Below the pieces are notes generated by a model. It was not told where the DNA came from and did no database searches. It worked only from the letters and a program-made list of their open reading frames with translations. The translations under genes and the position numbers were made by a program. Below are positions 51,149 through 60,454 of a stretch of 64,000 bases of DNA, one piece after another. The DNA is taken from NCBI RefSeq assembly GCF_036507355.1, contig NZ_AP027877.1; one strand, 5' to 3'. How positions within the stretch are numbered: the first letter of the stretch is position 1; every line of letters begins with the position of its first letter. This stretch comes from Escherichia coli. Lineage in GTDB: Bacteria; Pseudomonadota; Gammaproteobacteria; Enterobacterales; Enterobacteriaceae.

Positions 51149-51504
51149 TGGAGCACCTCAAAAACACCATCATACACTAAATCAGTAAGTTGGCAGCATC
51201 ACCTAAGTCTTGAGCCATTATTTCTATAAAATACATGTTAAATCATATTAGAATAGTTTATACGATAATTCGCTTGAAGAAGAAAAACACTATTCTAATT
51301 CAAACATTTTATATTATCAAGAACCATGGTAATTACAGTTAATTTACAGTATCAGTGATGTGGTTTCCAAAAAAGTATGCCCAAACATTTAAATATATGC
51401 CTTCGATAAATGAACTTTAACTCATCAGAATGACTACCCATCAATACTATTGAGTATATGAAGACAATTCACAGTCCCATCTGGCGAATTTTTCAGATGG
51501 CGAG

Positions 51505-54500
51505 TTAAATATCTTCTGGTGATTCCCCCAGATACATCTTACGGTAATGATACACTTCAAAGAATTTCCCCTTGTCTTTGTAACTACTGATAAAGTAGCA
51601 ATGTGTTAAATACTTTAGCAGGATCTCATTACCTTCAGTTTTGTGAACTTTTGCTCGTTTGGTTTTATCCGCAATCAAATTATATTCTTCCGACACGAAG
51701 GCCATAAGCGCACGATTGATGTATTCAAAAGGCAGTTCTTCACACTCTAAAAGATGATTCAAAAACACAAGTCGAGTGTCATCTTCCGAAACATTAAGAA
51801 GGAGTGCTATACTGACTTTACTATTTAGGCTTATATGGTCGAAGAAACTATTGGTATAGTGCGGCCAGAGAACATTGATGATTGAAACTTTAGTCGTCAA
51901 CTCTATATCGTCATCATTGAGCACAAGCTCAATAAGTTCATTATCGAAATCTTCGTCATCTTGCAGATAAAACTCAATATTATTTTCAAAAACAGCAAGG
52001 TTGTTTCTAATCATAAGCGACAGACACTCATTGAGGCCCTTGCGACGTTGTCCCTCATAAATGCTGAGTACGTCTTCATAGAGCGCTTCTGACAGCAAAA
52101 CTCTGTTGCTCTCACAAAGTGCTTTAAATTTTGTCAGTGGCAGGTCACTGATTACCTTGTCGATACTTACAGGCAGCACGCTGATCAACTGTGCATATAA
52201 CGCGTCTGGCTTATCCGCTGCTGAAATGATGTGATTCACAACATTATCAATAGACTCCTCAGGAACACTGACCTTATGGCCTGAAAGCACCTCTGGATGG
52301 TGAGCAAAAAACGCCCACAATATCTCATCGTCGACATCGGTATACATGTAGTTAAATATGTTATCCCAGTTGGCAGCGACACGCCCATGTTTAAACAAGA
52401 GGTCATAAACAGTGAATGACGCACCCTCAACTACCGATAGCCTGATATTTTCAACTGTCGACAACTGCTGAACTTCAAAATCCATGTTTTCAATTATAAT
52501 TTCTTTGGAACGCTCAGTAGCGTCTGAATTAATTAGTGAAATAACGGATCCAACGCTTTCCTCAGAATGAATGAAATATTCCACAATAAACATCTCAAGG
52601 TTTGTATTTACAGCCTCAATTAAGCATGGGACTTTTTCACTCATAATTAAGGTATATGGATTGCGCGATAGTTCCTCAACATTCTTTCTGTTATTAGAGT
52701 ACGCATTAAACAGTGCAGTGAGGTTATTAATATTAAATACATACAGAAAATTCTCTGCGATAAACTTCACCAACGTACGTTCACTTTCATCGTTAGCTTC
52801 ATTGACGCTATCGAATACAATATTGAGCTCTTTTAATTTTATGCTGAATGACGCAATCTCATCGGGTCGTATGTATGTAAACAACGTAGTGTCTGTTTTT
52901 AATTCATGCAGATAATCCTGAACAGCACTTTGTCGGGTAATGTTTTCTATCAGACCAAAACGAAGTAATGACACAAATAACTGCTGATAAAAATCATCAT
53001 CAGAGTCAATGTCACGGTAAGTACTCATCGCCGCCATCAATTTACCCAATGTCTTTTCATCGCTTAAAATTAAATTAATTAAGTCATGATAGTCATCATT
53101 ACTAAATTCATAAAAATACGTCCGCATAGTGCGAATGATTAAGCCATGTGAGCAATAATTAAATAAATGAATAAAAACATCACGGGCAAAACCAGCTCGG
53201 CAGTTGATCAAAAAGCTAATTATATGCGGATGAAAAATCCCCTCGTAATATTTAAATGATAGCGACTCCATTTTATCTACAACATTGGAAACGTTATTCA
53301 GATGAATATCTTTTAACTCCTCAAAATTCACCTTAGCAGCGACCTTCTGGATATAAACATTATCTGATTTACTTAATGCACCTGCATGGAAGATAGAGCG
53401 ATATTGCATGTAATCCTGCTCAATATATCCATTTGACAACATGAAAAACAACAATTCCATATTGAAATTAATCGCTGAAGGCTTGGATGCATTTTTATTT
53501 CCCTTATCGTCAGTTGATGCAACATTAAGCAACCACTCACTCAATTTCGCTAAGGTTATTTTTTCACATAATTCATGAAGTGATAGGCCATTTCGTTGAT
53601 TAAGAACACGCTGTGTGTTTAAAATATTTTTAGATAATTGCTCAACGGTTTTTTGGTTCTTATCTAAAATAACTGGTGAGCGTTTGTTATATTCACGTAA
53701 ACTCTCAGCTCGCTTATTATGTGGAATTTGGAAGGTATCTTGATATTCATACCCGTTTCTTGAATATGTGATAGCTATTCCGGATGGAAGCTCTCTGTTC
53801 AGAAAATCACAAAACAATGATTCATCCCCACAAAGTTCAACAAAGCTCCAGCTACTCCCAACTTGCCCATACTTATTATGGCTTATATAAAACACTGTAT
53901 TCGATTCAATTTGTTCAGGAAGATAACGCCTTAGAATTTCAACCCTCAGATTTAAACTGGATGTTTGCAATTCCTTTTGTACTTTCACCAACTTTTCTTT
54001 CTGCTGAGAAATCTTTATTTCCAAATCTTTAAAATACACGTCATGTAGCGTTCTCTTAGAGTAAGCATTAACTATTCTGTATAAAAAACCATCCTGATTA
54101 TCAAGCAGAGTGAAATCTTTGGTACATAAATTTTTATACATTATCAAAGAAAATAACTTCACATCAGAAATCTCACCCGTAATTAATTTTTTAAAAATAT
54201 TAAATTCATTTATAACATTATTCATCACCCGCATATCAGTCAGGTAAAGGGATACTTTCTTGAAAAACTGCTCTTTATCTACCGAATTAAAGTTTATAAC
54301 TTTACTACTTAATATGTCATACGCATTCTCACTATCTACTGCAGGTATAATCGGCACAATAAAATCAAAAAATTTTGTTTGTGATTCAGCATCCTTTAAT
54401 AAATCCTCCCTGACTGCAAAAATAAATTTAATCGGTTTCTTTTCCAATAGTCTGGAATTGTTTATCACTTGATTTATTTCACGGAGCTTAATAAAAATAT

Positions 54501-55407
54501 GACCATTGTTTAAACGGTCTAAATCTTCAAATACGACAACTCTATACTTTGTTTTAAGGAAGAAGTAAACAATCTCATCAATATACAAATTTAGCAGAGA
54601 AGCTGTATTCTGTTTTTCCGCCGCAATTTCTGCCTTTAAGAGATTTACTTTATCAAGAGCAATTTTTCTGTCAAAAAATCCTATCCGATAAAAACGAGAC
54701 AGCAGATACCAACAAATGATAAATGATAGCGAACCGATACATCCCCAACGCCATACCGGATGTATCGCAATGAAATGACTCACCGCTGACGGTAATGAAA
54801 ACGTGTTGATAATTTTTTGAGGAAACAACAATGTAGTGACAACGATTGTCAGTATGAGAACAAAAAACAGCAAACAGGATGTTATTAGTATTTGCCCAAC
54901 ACTTCGGGTGTGAATGCGCTCTACCCGCGAATCTGGCAGCGTACCTTTATCCACTTTGTATAAAATCTGCTGTAATATGCTGTATTCAATGCTTTGTTCT
55001 TTTGATAAAGACTCGGAACTTTTTAGTGTCTCATCCGTTTCAAAGTTTGCCAGTGAGATAATCACGTGCTCATCCGCTGGTTTTAAACTTGTAAACCTGA
55101 GCCAATATTTCAGGCGGTGCCACAACCGCTTTCGCCCTTCAATTTTTTTAAGGTATGAGAGAATAACCGAGCTTTTACCCGCGCCATAGGACCCCGTGAT
55201 GGCGATGTTCTTCACATCATCCCGGCTGAGGGCATAATCCAACGCCTTAAAATAGGGTTGATATCCCTCTTTATCAGGATCGACAATCGGTGTTAGCGTT
55301 TGGAATTCCCTTTCCGTTCCTGAATTGTTTTCTGAAGTAACCTGAAGCCTTGCGACTGTTTTATGCAACCAGTCTGCGATCGTTTTCAACCCGAAAGACA
55401 GCGCCAT
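51505..55407 (-). CDS. Large (1300 aa) KAP/YobI-like P-loop NTPase with transmembrane hairpin inserted between Walker A and Walker B; long C-terminal region of unknown function. Candidate defence/conflict protein
   Basis: Walker A ITGSYGAGKSSV (about aa 70-81), two hydrophobic helices (about aa 171-195 ILITSCLLFFVLILTIVVTTLLF and 215-236 HPVWRWGCIGSLSFIICWYLL), Walker B-like VVVFEDLDR (about aa 290-298); Lys/Asn/Ile/Phe-rich composition; gene is conspicuously AT-rich versus flanks. Confidence 0.75.
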   Translation of the reverse strand: MALSFGLKTIADWLHKTVARLQVTSENNSGTEREFQTLTPIVDPDKEGYQPYFKALDYALSRDDVKNIAITGSYGAGKSSVILSYLKKIEGRKRLWHRLKYWLRFTSLKPADEHVIISLANFETDETLKSSESLSKEQSIEYSILQQILYKVDKGTLPDSRVERIHTRSVGQILITSCLLFFVLILTIVVTTLLFPQKIINTFSLPSAVSHFIAIHPVWRWGCIGSLSFIICWYLLSRFYRIGFFDRKIALDKVNLLKAEIAAEKQNTASLLNLYIDEIVYFFLKTKYRVVVFEDLDRLNNGHIFIKLREINQVINNSRLLEKKPIKFIFAVREDLLKDAESQTKFFDFIVPIIPAVDSENAYDILSSKVINFNSVDKEQFFKKVSLYLTDMRVMNNVINEFNIFKKLITGEISDVKLFSLIMYKNLCTKDFTLLDNQDGFLYRIVNAYSKRTLHDVYFKDLEIKISQQKEKLVKVQKELQTSSLNLRVEILRRYLPEQIESNTVFYISHNKYGQVGSSWSFVELCGDESLFCDFLNRELPSGIAITYSRNGYEYQDTFQIPHNKRAESLREYNKRSPVILDKNQKTVEQLSKNILNTQRVLNQRNGLSLHELCEKITLAKLSEWLLNVASTDDKGNKNASKPSAINFNMELLFFMLSNGYIEQDYMQYRSIFHAGALSKSDNVYIQKVAAKVNFEELKDIHLNNVSNVVDKMESLSFKYYEGIFHPHIISFLINCRAGFARDVFIHLFNYCSHGLIIRTMRTYFYEFSNDDYHDLINLILSDEKTLGKLMAAMSTYRDIDSDDDFYQQLFVSLLRFGLIENITRQSAVQDYLHELKTDTTLFTYIRPDEIASFSIKLKELNIVFDSVNEANDESERTLVKFIAENFLYVFNINNLTALFNAYSNNRKNVEELSRNPYTLIMSEKVPCLIEAVNTNLEMFIVEYFIHSEESVGSVISLINSDATERSKEIIIENMDFEVQQLSTVENIRLSVVEGASFTVYDLLFKHGRVAANWDNIFNYMYTDVDDEILWAFFAHHPEVLSGHKVSVPEESIDNVVNHIISAADKPDALYAQLISVLPVSIDKVISDLPLTKFKALCESNRVLLSEALYEDVLSIYEGQRRKGLNECLSLMIRNNLAVFENNIEFYLQDDEDFDNELIELVLNDDDIELTTKVSIINVLWPHYTNSFFDHISLNSKVSIALLLNVSEDDTRLVFLNHLLECEELPFEYINRALMAFVSEEYNLIADKTKRAKVHKTEGNEILLKYLTHCYFISSYKDKGKFFEVYHYRKMYLGESPEDI

Positions 55408-55668
55408 TGAGTGTCCTCACAATCACGAATATTAAATTCATAAATTGGAGACAATCCTAACATGAATCAAAAGAATCATCACACAATCATGTAGTTAAAA
55501 GAACAAGCTGGAACCTGATTTTTTATAGCATTTTCACGCAGCACAGTTTTTGCCCACGATAGTATCACCGGATTACGCTCACTCAAGATCAAGCTTATCG
55601 TACACCCGCACTACATATCAGCTACACCCATCACCGTAACCGAGTCCCATCGATATTCACTGACTAGT

Positions 55669-55713
55669 GTTGATACACCCATATAGATATATATACCCAT
55701 TGAGTGTATCAAC
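55669..55713. promoter_or_regulatory. Inverted repeat GTTGATACAC-N25-GTGTATCAAC upstream of the NTPase gene
   Basis: Perfect 10-bp arms at 55669-55678 and 55704-55713 flanking an AT-rich spacer (atatagatatatat); lies between the putative rep gene stop and the NTPase start. Confidence 0.35.
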
Positions 55714-55765
55714 TGATGGATTACATGCGTCTAAACGCTTATAGACATCCTGTCTTATGGACAAA

Positions 55766-56638
55766 CTACTTACGGGTTCTCACCCCAGAGGTAAATGTCA
55801 GTCCAGTAAACCCCATCTCATCCTGCTTACATAACGCCCGTGCCAACAGAACAGGCGGCAGCCTGTGTTTGGGGGTACGGCGTTTTCCTGCCTCATCAGG
55901 ATAAGGTCTTACTTCCAGCCACATCCCCTTGAAGCAGTATGTTACCTGCTCGTCAAAATCCTTCAGCTTCTGGCTTTTCATCGGCCGACTGATTATCCCC
56001 GCTCTGGCCCGCATATTTTTATCCCTCTTCATCGCCTTTCTTAGCGTTTTGAGCGCCCCCGGCTCTCTCGGCATCAGTAGATGCAGGTGAGGCATCCAGC
56101 GCTGGATATCGGTGTGAAAATCCAACTCGTAGTCACCCACTATTTTGCCCGTAAATCCGGCTCTTTTTATCATCTTGTAGACCCGCTCCCGGAACTTCTT
56201 ATGATCCCAGCGGCTGATCTCGTCTTCTTTCAGCATGGCATCGTAATAAACCAGCGTAACCACTCTGTACGCGCCCTTAGAGGCCCTCAGTGGGAGCAAT
56301 TCAGTCAGCTTACGTAACCTGTGCAGGCGGAAACACTGTGGGCAGGCCGCGCTACCACATTGATGTTCTGGCATACAGCCCTCCAGTTTTCTCTTTAACC
56401 GAAACATCCGCCCTCGCCACTTTTTGTGTGCTTTTCTGACTTCTTTGCTCTCATCCTGATTATCATTCCTGTTCTGCCGCACAGCCTTTCGTATTGCTTT
56501 TATGCGGTACAGGCGTTCCTTCTCCATTTGCTCCCGGGTTTCAAAACCCGGAATGGTAAGAGCTAACTTTTCCAGTTGGCGCTCTTCTTCTGTCAGTGAT
56601 GCATACACTGCTCGCGCAATACGGTTTGTACCAAACAT
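55766..56638 (-). CDS. Putative HUH-type replication initiation protein (inovirus Gp2-like), island-encoded
   Basis: Contains HLHLL (His-hydrophobic-His) motif in WMPHLHLLMPREP and a Cys cluster CGSAACPQC; start placed at Met 56638 directly after the alpA stop (track ORF overlaps alpA by 50 bp). Confidence 0.45.
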   Translation of the reverse strand: MFGTNRIARAVYASLTEEERQLEKLALTIPGFETREQMEKERLYRIKAIRKAVRQNRNDNQDESKEVRKAHKKWRGRMFRLKRKLEGCMPEHQCGSAACPQCFRLHRLRKLTELLPLRASKGAYRVVTLVYYDAMLKEDEISRWDHKKFRERVYKMIKRAGFTGKIVGDYELDFHTDIQRWMPHLHLLMPREPGALKTLRKAMKRDKNMRARAGIISRPMKSQKLKDFDEQVTYCFKGMWLEVRPYPDEAGKRRTPKHRLPPVLLARALCKQDEMGFTGLTFTSGVRTRK

Positions 56639-56639
56639 A

Positions 56640-56834
56640 TCAGCAACCTCCTCTGGTCCCACGGGAAGCAATCCACTCATTGACTTCACTTTCCAGCCAG
56701 GCCACCGCTCGTCCTCCTGTCAGGGATTTTTGGCGTGGGAAAGTCCCTTTTTCAATCATCCGGTACAGTGTGGCGCGGCTCACCGCACAGCGTTCCAGCA
56801 CAGCCTGAATTTTGACCAGTTTCATATCATTCAT
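56640..56834 (-). CDS. alpA: AlpA-family phage/island transcriptional regulator (MerR-like HTH)
   Basis: 64-aa ORF MNDMKLVKIQAVLERCAVSRATLYRMIEKGTFPRQKSLTGGRAVAWLESEVNEWIASR, the AlpA signature. Confidence 0.8.
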   Translation of the reverse strand: MNDMKLVKIQAVLERCAVSRATLYRMIEKGTFPRQKSLTGGRAVAWLESEVNEWIASRGTRGGC

Positions 56835-56941
56835 GTTTCAACGTTCCTCAACAAGGAAAGGGAACGCGCTATTAACAAGATCCAAAATCGGGGCTCTGTG
56901 AGGGGGGGGTTGGGACGTCTACTGGCTCGTTTCATACCTAT

Positions 56942-57547
56942 TTGTCGGGCCGACACTTTATGTCCATTGTCGGTCCGACAAAAGAGTCGTTAGAATGCTC
57001 AAAAATGAATGCATCAACGGGAGTTCGCGTGACAGGAAAAAGGCAGACCAGCCGCCAGAAACGGTCAGATAAAATGAGGAAAAATGCAGGATTGACTCAA
57101 GTGAAGGTTTACCTGGATGAAACCACTCTGCAGTTACTGGGGTTACTTCAGGAAAATATGTCAGAAGGTGATATGAAGGGTGATGAGGTCAATATGTTCC
57201 GTAGCATGGCTATAACGGCCAGTATCCACACCCTGGCAAAAGAACGACTGGGGGAACAAGAAGTATCGCATATGGTGATCAAGAACCTCGGTGCTGACTG
57301 CCCATCCGACGAAGCGACAGAAAACCCACGTAAGTTTCTTCTCCGGACGATGATTAACCACCTGTATGATAATGGCACACACAATCCGCACCGCCGTCGA
57401 TTGTCAGAAGTGGCTGGAATTATGAATGAAAGCAGTTTCAGGAACCCGAAGAACAAAAAAGGGGGATGGAGTGAAAATGATATCAGTCACTATGTCAGCA
57501 ATGACATAAAACTGGAAAATGATACCTCGGTTGATGTACCGGGCTAA
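56942..57547 (+). CDS. Hypothetical protein divergent from alpA; possible ribbon-helix-helix regulator (start uncertain)
   Basis: Internal segment MRKNAGLTQVKVYLDETTLQLLGLL resembles an RHH beta-strand/helix; real start may be one of the internal Met codons (about 57005 or 57074). Confidence 0.35.
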   Translation: MSGRHFMSIVGPTKESLECSKMNASTGVRVTGKRQTSRQKRSDKMRKNAGLTQVKVYLDETTLQLLGLLQENMSEGDMKGDEVNMFRSMAITASIHTLAKERLGEQEVSHMVIKNLGADCPSDEATENPRKFLLRTMINHLYDNGTHNPHRRRLSEVAGIMNESSFRNPKNKKGGWSENDISHYVSNDIKLENDTSVDVPG

Positions 57548-57760
57548 GCAAATCTATACACCAATATATTTATCTCTGGAATACCCTGGTCGGGGAGCAC
57601 GAATTAGTTATTCATCAGGGGTGGTGAGTTGGTCGTGCTTTCCCGGAAGGCAGGTGCGCCAACGCCAGTACTTGGTATACCTGTGGGCTATCAAAAATAG
57701 TCTCTGGCCCCGTTTGATGGTTTTAACCAACAGGCTGCGGTGGTCATCCCCCATGAAAGC

Positions 57761-58708
57761 TTACCAGCAACATAGCGCCCTGGAGGCTCTGTCTACAGCC
57801 TGCCTGCCCCTACAGTCATAGCGTGTGGTCGTGGATATATCCGCATGTCCTGCCAACTGGCGCACCACATTAATGTCCACTCCCTGCTCCAGCAGGCGGG
57901 TGATGAATGTCCGTCGCAGGTCGTGGGGGGTGAAGTAATCCACTTCTGCAGCTTCGCGTAACTGCGCCAACAGCCCTGTAAGACCCGTGGTGGTAAGCCG
58001 TTGTCGTCCTGGCTGCCCCGCACGACTGATGCGACTGAACAGCGGCCCGGCATGATACCCCCGGAGCTTCAGCCATCGCCGCAGTTGCATGCAGACTTTT
58101 CCGGAAAGGTGGATTTCCCGGATTTTGCGCCCCTTTCCCTGCCTGACAATCACGATCCCCGTGGCTACATCTATATCTCCCACGTCCAGGGCTACCAGTT
58201 CGGCGGCACGCAGACCTGCGCCACACAGAAGCAGCAAAATAGCCCGATTACGCTGGCAACGTACAGCGTCAGCCTTTCCGGCCGCCGCCAGCATGGCCCG
58301 AATTTCGGTCCTGTCCAACGCCCTGCCCAAGCGGGTGGCACTGCCAGTGACACGCCTGACTGAACGTATGCGCGTCAGTCTGTCAGCATCCAGAATCCCC
58401 ATACTGAAAGCCGCTCCGGCAACCGATTTCAGCGCCGACAGCGCCATGTTCACCGTGGCAACAGCATAGCCCTCATCCAGCAGCACCGAGCGTACCCGCA
58501 TCACGCTCGTGTAGTCCAACGTATGCCAGGGGTAGGTGTCGGGCTTCGCCCCCGGACGGAGGATACCGGCACATCGTCGGAGTAAGCTTTGCATCCCCCT
58601 GCGCCCGGCTGGCGTCAGGCTTGCCAGCCACAGCAATGCTGGGTTGATGGAGAGGGCATTTTGCGGGTGGACAGATGCCGCGCGTTTACCATTGCGGCTC
58701 GTGGTCAT
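57761..58708 (-). CDS. Tyrosine-type site-specific recombinase (XerC/XerD-like), GC-rich
   Basis: 315-aa ORF with catalytic region ...FTPHDLRRTFITRLLEQGVDINVVRQLAGHADISTTTRYD (R..H..R..Y) and LCGAGLRAAELVALDVGDID box; visibly GC-richer than neighbouring island genes. Confidence 0.7.
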   Translation of the reverse strand: MTTSRNGKRAASVHPQNALSINPALLWLASLTPAGRRGMQSLLRRCAGILRPGAKPDTYPWHTLDYTSVMRVRSVLLDEGYAVATVNMALSALKSVAGAAFSMGILDADRLTRIRSVRRVTGSATRLGRALDRTEIRAMLAAAGKADAVRCQRNRAILLLLCGAGLRAAELVALDVGDIDVATGIVIVRQGKGRKIREIHLSGKVCMQLRRWLKLRGYHAGPLFSRISRAGQPGRQRLTTTGLTGLLAQLREAAEVDYFTPHDLRRTFITRLLEQGVDINVVRQLAGHADISTTTRYDCRGRQAVDRASRALCCW

Positions 58709-58784
58709 AATATCATCCTTATTATTGATAGTGGGATATCCCGGTCAGGTCTGACCGGGAGTGAGGGTTAATATGTCTTCGTAG

Positions 58785-59405
58785 TCAGCGTTTTTTCACA
58801 CCATAATGCTGAAGGTAGCGATTCAGGCTCCGACCAGCGCCAGTCTCAAAATTCCATGTCCGCCAGATAAGCTGCCCCACTGTGTCGCGTATCACCAACC
58901 GGAAGTGGGTATGCAGGTCATCCTCAATGGCGACATTTTTATACGTCGCAACCACAGCCTCTGCTTCCAAACGAGTAAACGAATCTGGGGGCAGTTGTGG
59001 CGTCTGTATTGTGGGCTCTGGTGCTGCGCGGTCAGGACGTGAATGCCGTCCCTGTGTGATGTGACTGACGGCTTGGTAACTGCTCTGCCTCAGAAGTCCG
59101 GTGGTCTTCCTTGCCCGGAGAATATCAATGGAGGTAATGTGCGGAGACTGGGGGATAAAGCTGACATTACCCTGGTCTGTACGTACCAGGTCGTACTTTT
59201 CAACAATAGAATTCAGGGCCTCCGTCAGTGATATCTCTGCATCAATGTATGCCTGAATGGCACCTTTCCCGCTAAACGGCGTGTCGCTGAGAGTGAGTCC
59301 GTAGTGCTTCTCCAGCAAGTAAGCCAGCAGAGTGTGCCAGACATCAGCAGGGGACAGGCAACACGATAGTGTCCGATTTGGTGAGACCGGTTGTTTTTTC
59401 ATCAC
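58785..59405 (-). CDS. CbtA/YeeV-family type IV toxin homolog with about 80-aa C-terminal extension
   Basis: First ~125 aa align by eye to CbtA (..[35 protein letters not shown]..); ORF continues to 206 aa. Confidence 0.65.
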   Translation of the reverse strand: MMKKQPVSPNRTLSCCLSPADVWHTLLAYLLEKHYGLTLSDTPFSGKGAIQAYIDAEISLTEALNSIVEKYDLVRTDQGNVSFIPQSPHITSIDILRARKTTGLLRQSSYQAVSHITQGRHSRPDRAAPEPTIQTPQLPPDSFTRLEAEAVVATYKNVAIEDDLHTHFRLVIRDTVGQLIWRTWNFETGAGRSLNRYLQHYGVKKR

Positions 59406-59511
59406 TGTATTCTCGCGGATAACATTGAAAAAGACGCGCGAACGTGAACATCAATTGAACGTCCGCACTTATTGGAATCCGTCGGCCAGACGGGCAAAAA
59501 GTGACTTCCAT

Positions 59512-59895
59512 CTACTGTCCCGAAGACCGGGAAGCCATGGGATAAATGGCGATATATACGTAGCCACAGGAGCCGAGCGTGTTAGCCTCGCAGATCAGCC
59601 CTTCTACCTGTAGCGTGATCCCCTTCGCCCTGCGCGGGTCCAGTTCACCGGACAGCAGAATGCTTTCCATCTGCCTCATGAGCAGCGGAAATATCTGGTC
59701 CAGATGGCGTGCGTCTCTGTCGCTGAACGTACCGGTGAATTCAGCCCGGTCAGCCAGAAAATGCAGGCAGCCGCCCTCCTGCACCAGACGCGCCCCGAAG
59801 CATGGCGTCACGTTGCACTGTAGCCCCCACAGATCTGTGGGTGGCGTATCGTAGTCTTTCAGATCTGTCATGTCAGGTGTCCTCAAAAGTCGCAC
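59512..59895 (-). CDS. CbeA/YeeU-family antitoxin homolog
   Basis: 127-aa ORF with ..LWGLQCNVTPCFGARLVQEGGCLHFLADRA..HLDQIFPLLMRQ..SGELDPRR.. matching the CbeA family pattern; immediately upstream of the toxin. Confidence 0.7.
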   Translation of the reverse strand: MRLLRTPDMTDLKDYDTPPTDLWGLQCNVTPCFGARLVQEGGCLHFLADRAEFTGTFSDRDARHLDQIFPLLMRQMESILLSGELDPRRAKGITLQVEGLICEANTLGSCGYVYIAIYPMASRSSGQ

Positions 59896-59931
59896 TGCCA
59901 GTGCATCAATCTGGCAATGCTGGGTAGTTCT

Positions 59932-60369
59932 TCAGCTTTCCCACAGCACGCGCGTGGTGTAGACCCCGCTGGCGTAGTAGCTCAGGAAGTTACGCTCCCA
60001 CAGGCTGTAAAGCGCCCTTACTTCCGTTAGAGGCAAATCCCCCGTACAGTAGTGCCAGACATAGCCCTGCGACCAACTGATATCGATGATTTTCTCCAGC
60101 TCCGGGTAGACCGTGCCGACATAGCCAAAATCGGTGGCGTAGTCCAGGCACCACTCATCGCCCTGATGAATTAGCCGGATCTCCACCGGGTGATAACCCC
60201 CCCGCTCCACACTGTAGTCCGGGTCCCGGAAGTTGAATGTCACGGCGGTGATCCGATGTTTATGGGCGGGTATTTCGCCCGCCTCTGCCATCAGCAGTTC
60301 GTACAGTTGCAGACTGACAGGCAGCATAAAGCCTGCCGGCTGAATAACGGCATTGATGTTCAAGAGCAA
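59932..60369 (-). CDS. Hypothetical protein between radC-like gene and antitoxin
   Basis: 145-aa ORF, no motif recognised; occupies the position of the small DUF987 gene in CP4-like modules but is about twice as long. Confidence 0.4.
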   Translation of the reverse strand: MLLNINAVIQPAGFMLPVSLQLYELLMAEAGEIPAHKHRITAVTFNFRDPDYSVERGGYHPVEIRLIHQGDEWCLDYATDFGYVGTVYPELEKIIDISWSQGYVWHYCTGDLPLTEVRALYSLWERNFLSYYASGVYTTRVLWES

Positions 60370-60454
60370 AACCTCAGTGTTTACAGTTTAAAAAAACGTG
60401 AAGGGATAAAGCGGACGTGTCTTAGCGTGGATAATGTGTATTAAACCAGGTAAC

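Larger units (their letters stand above)
50436..51203 (-). mobile_element. IS1 (768 bp), complete, without a recognisable 9-bp target duplication
   Basis: Terminal repeats GGTAATGACTCCAACTTATTGAT (50436-) and GGTGATGCTGCCAACTTACTGAT (complement, -51203); contains insA and insB. Flanks gattttcac / taagtcttg do not match. Confidence 0.9.
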
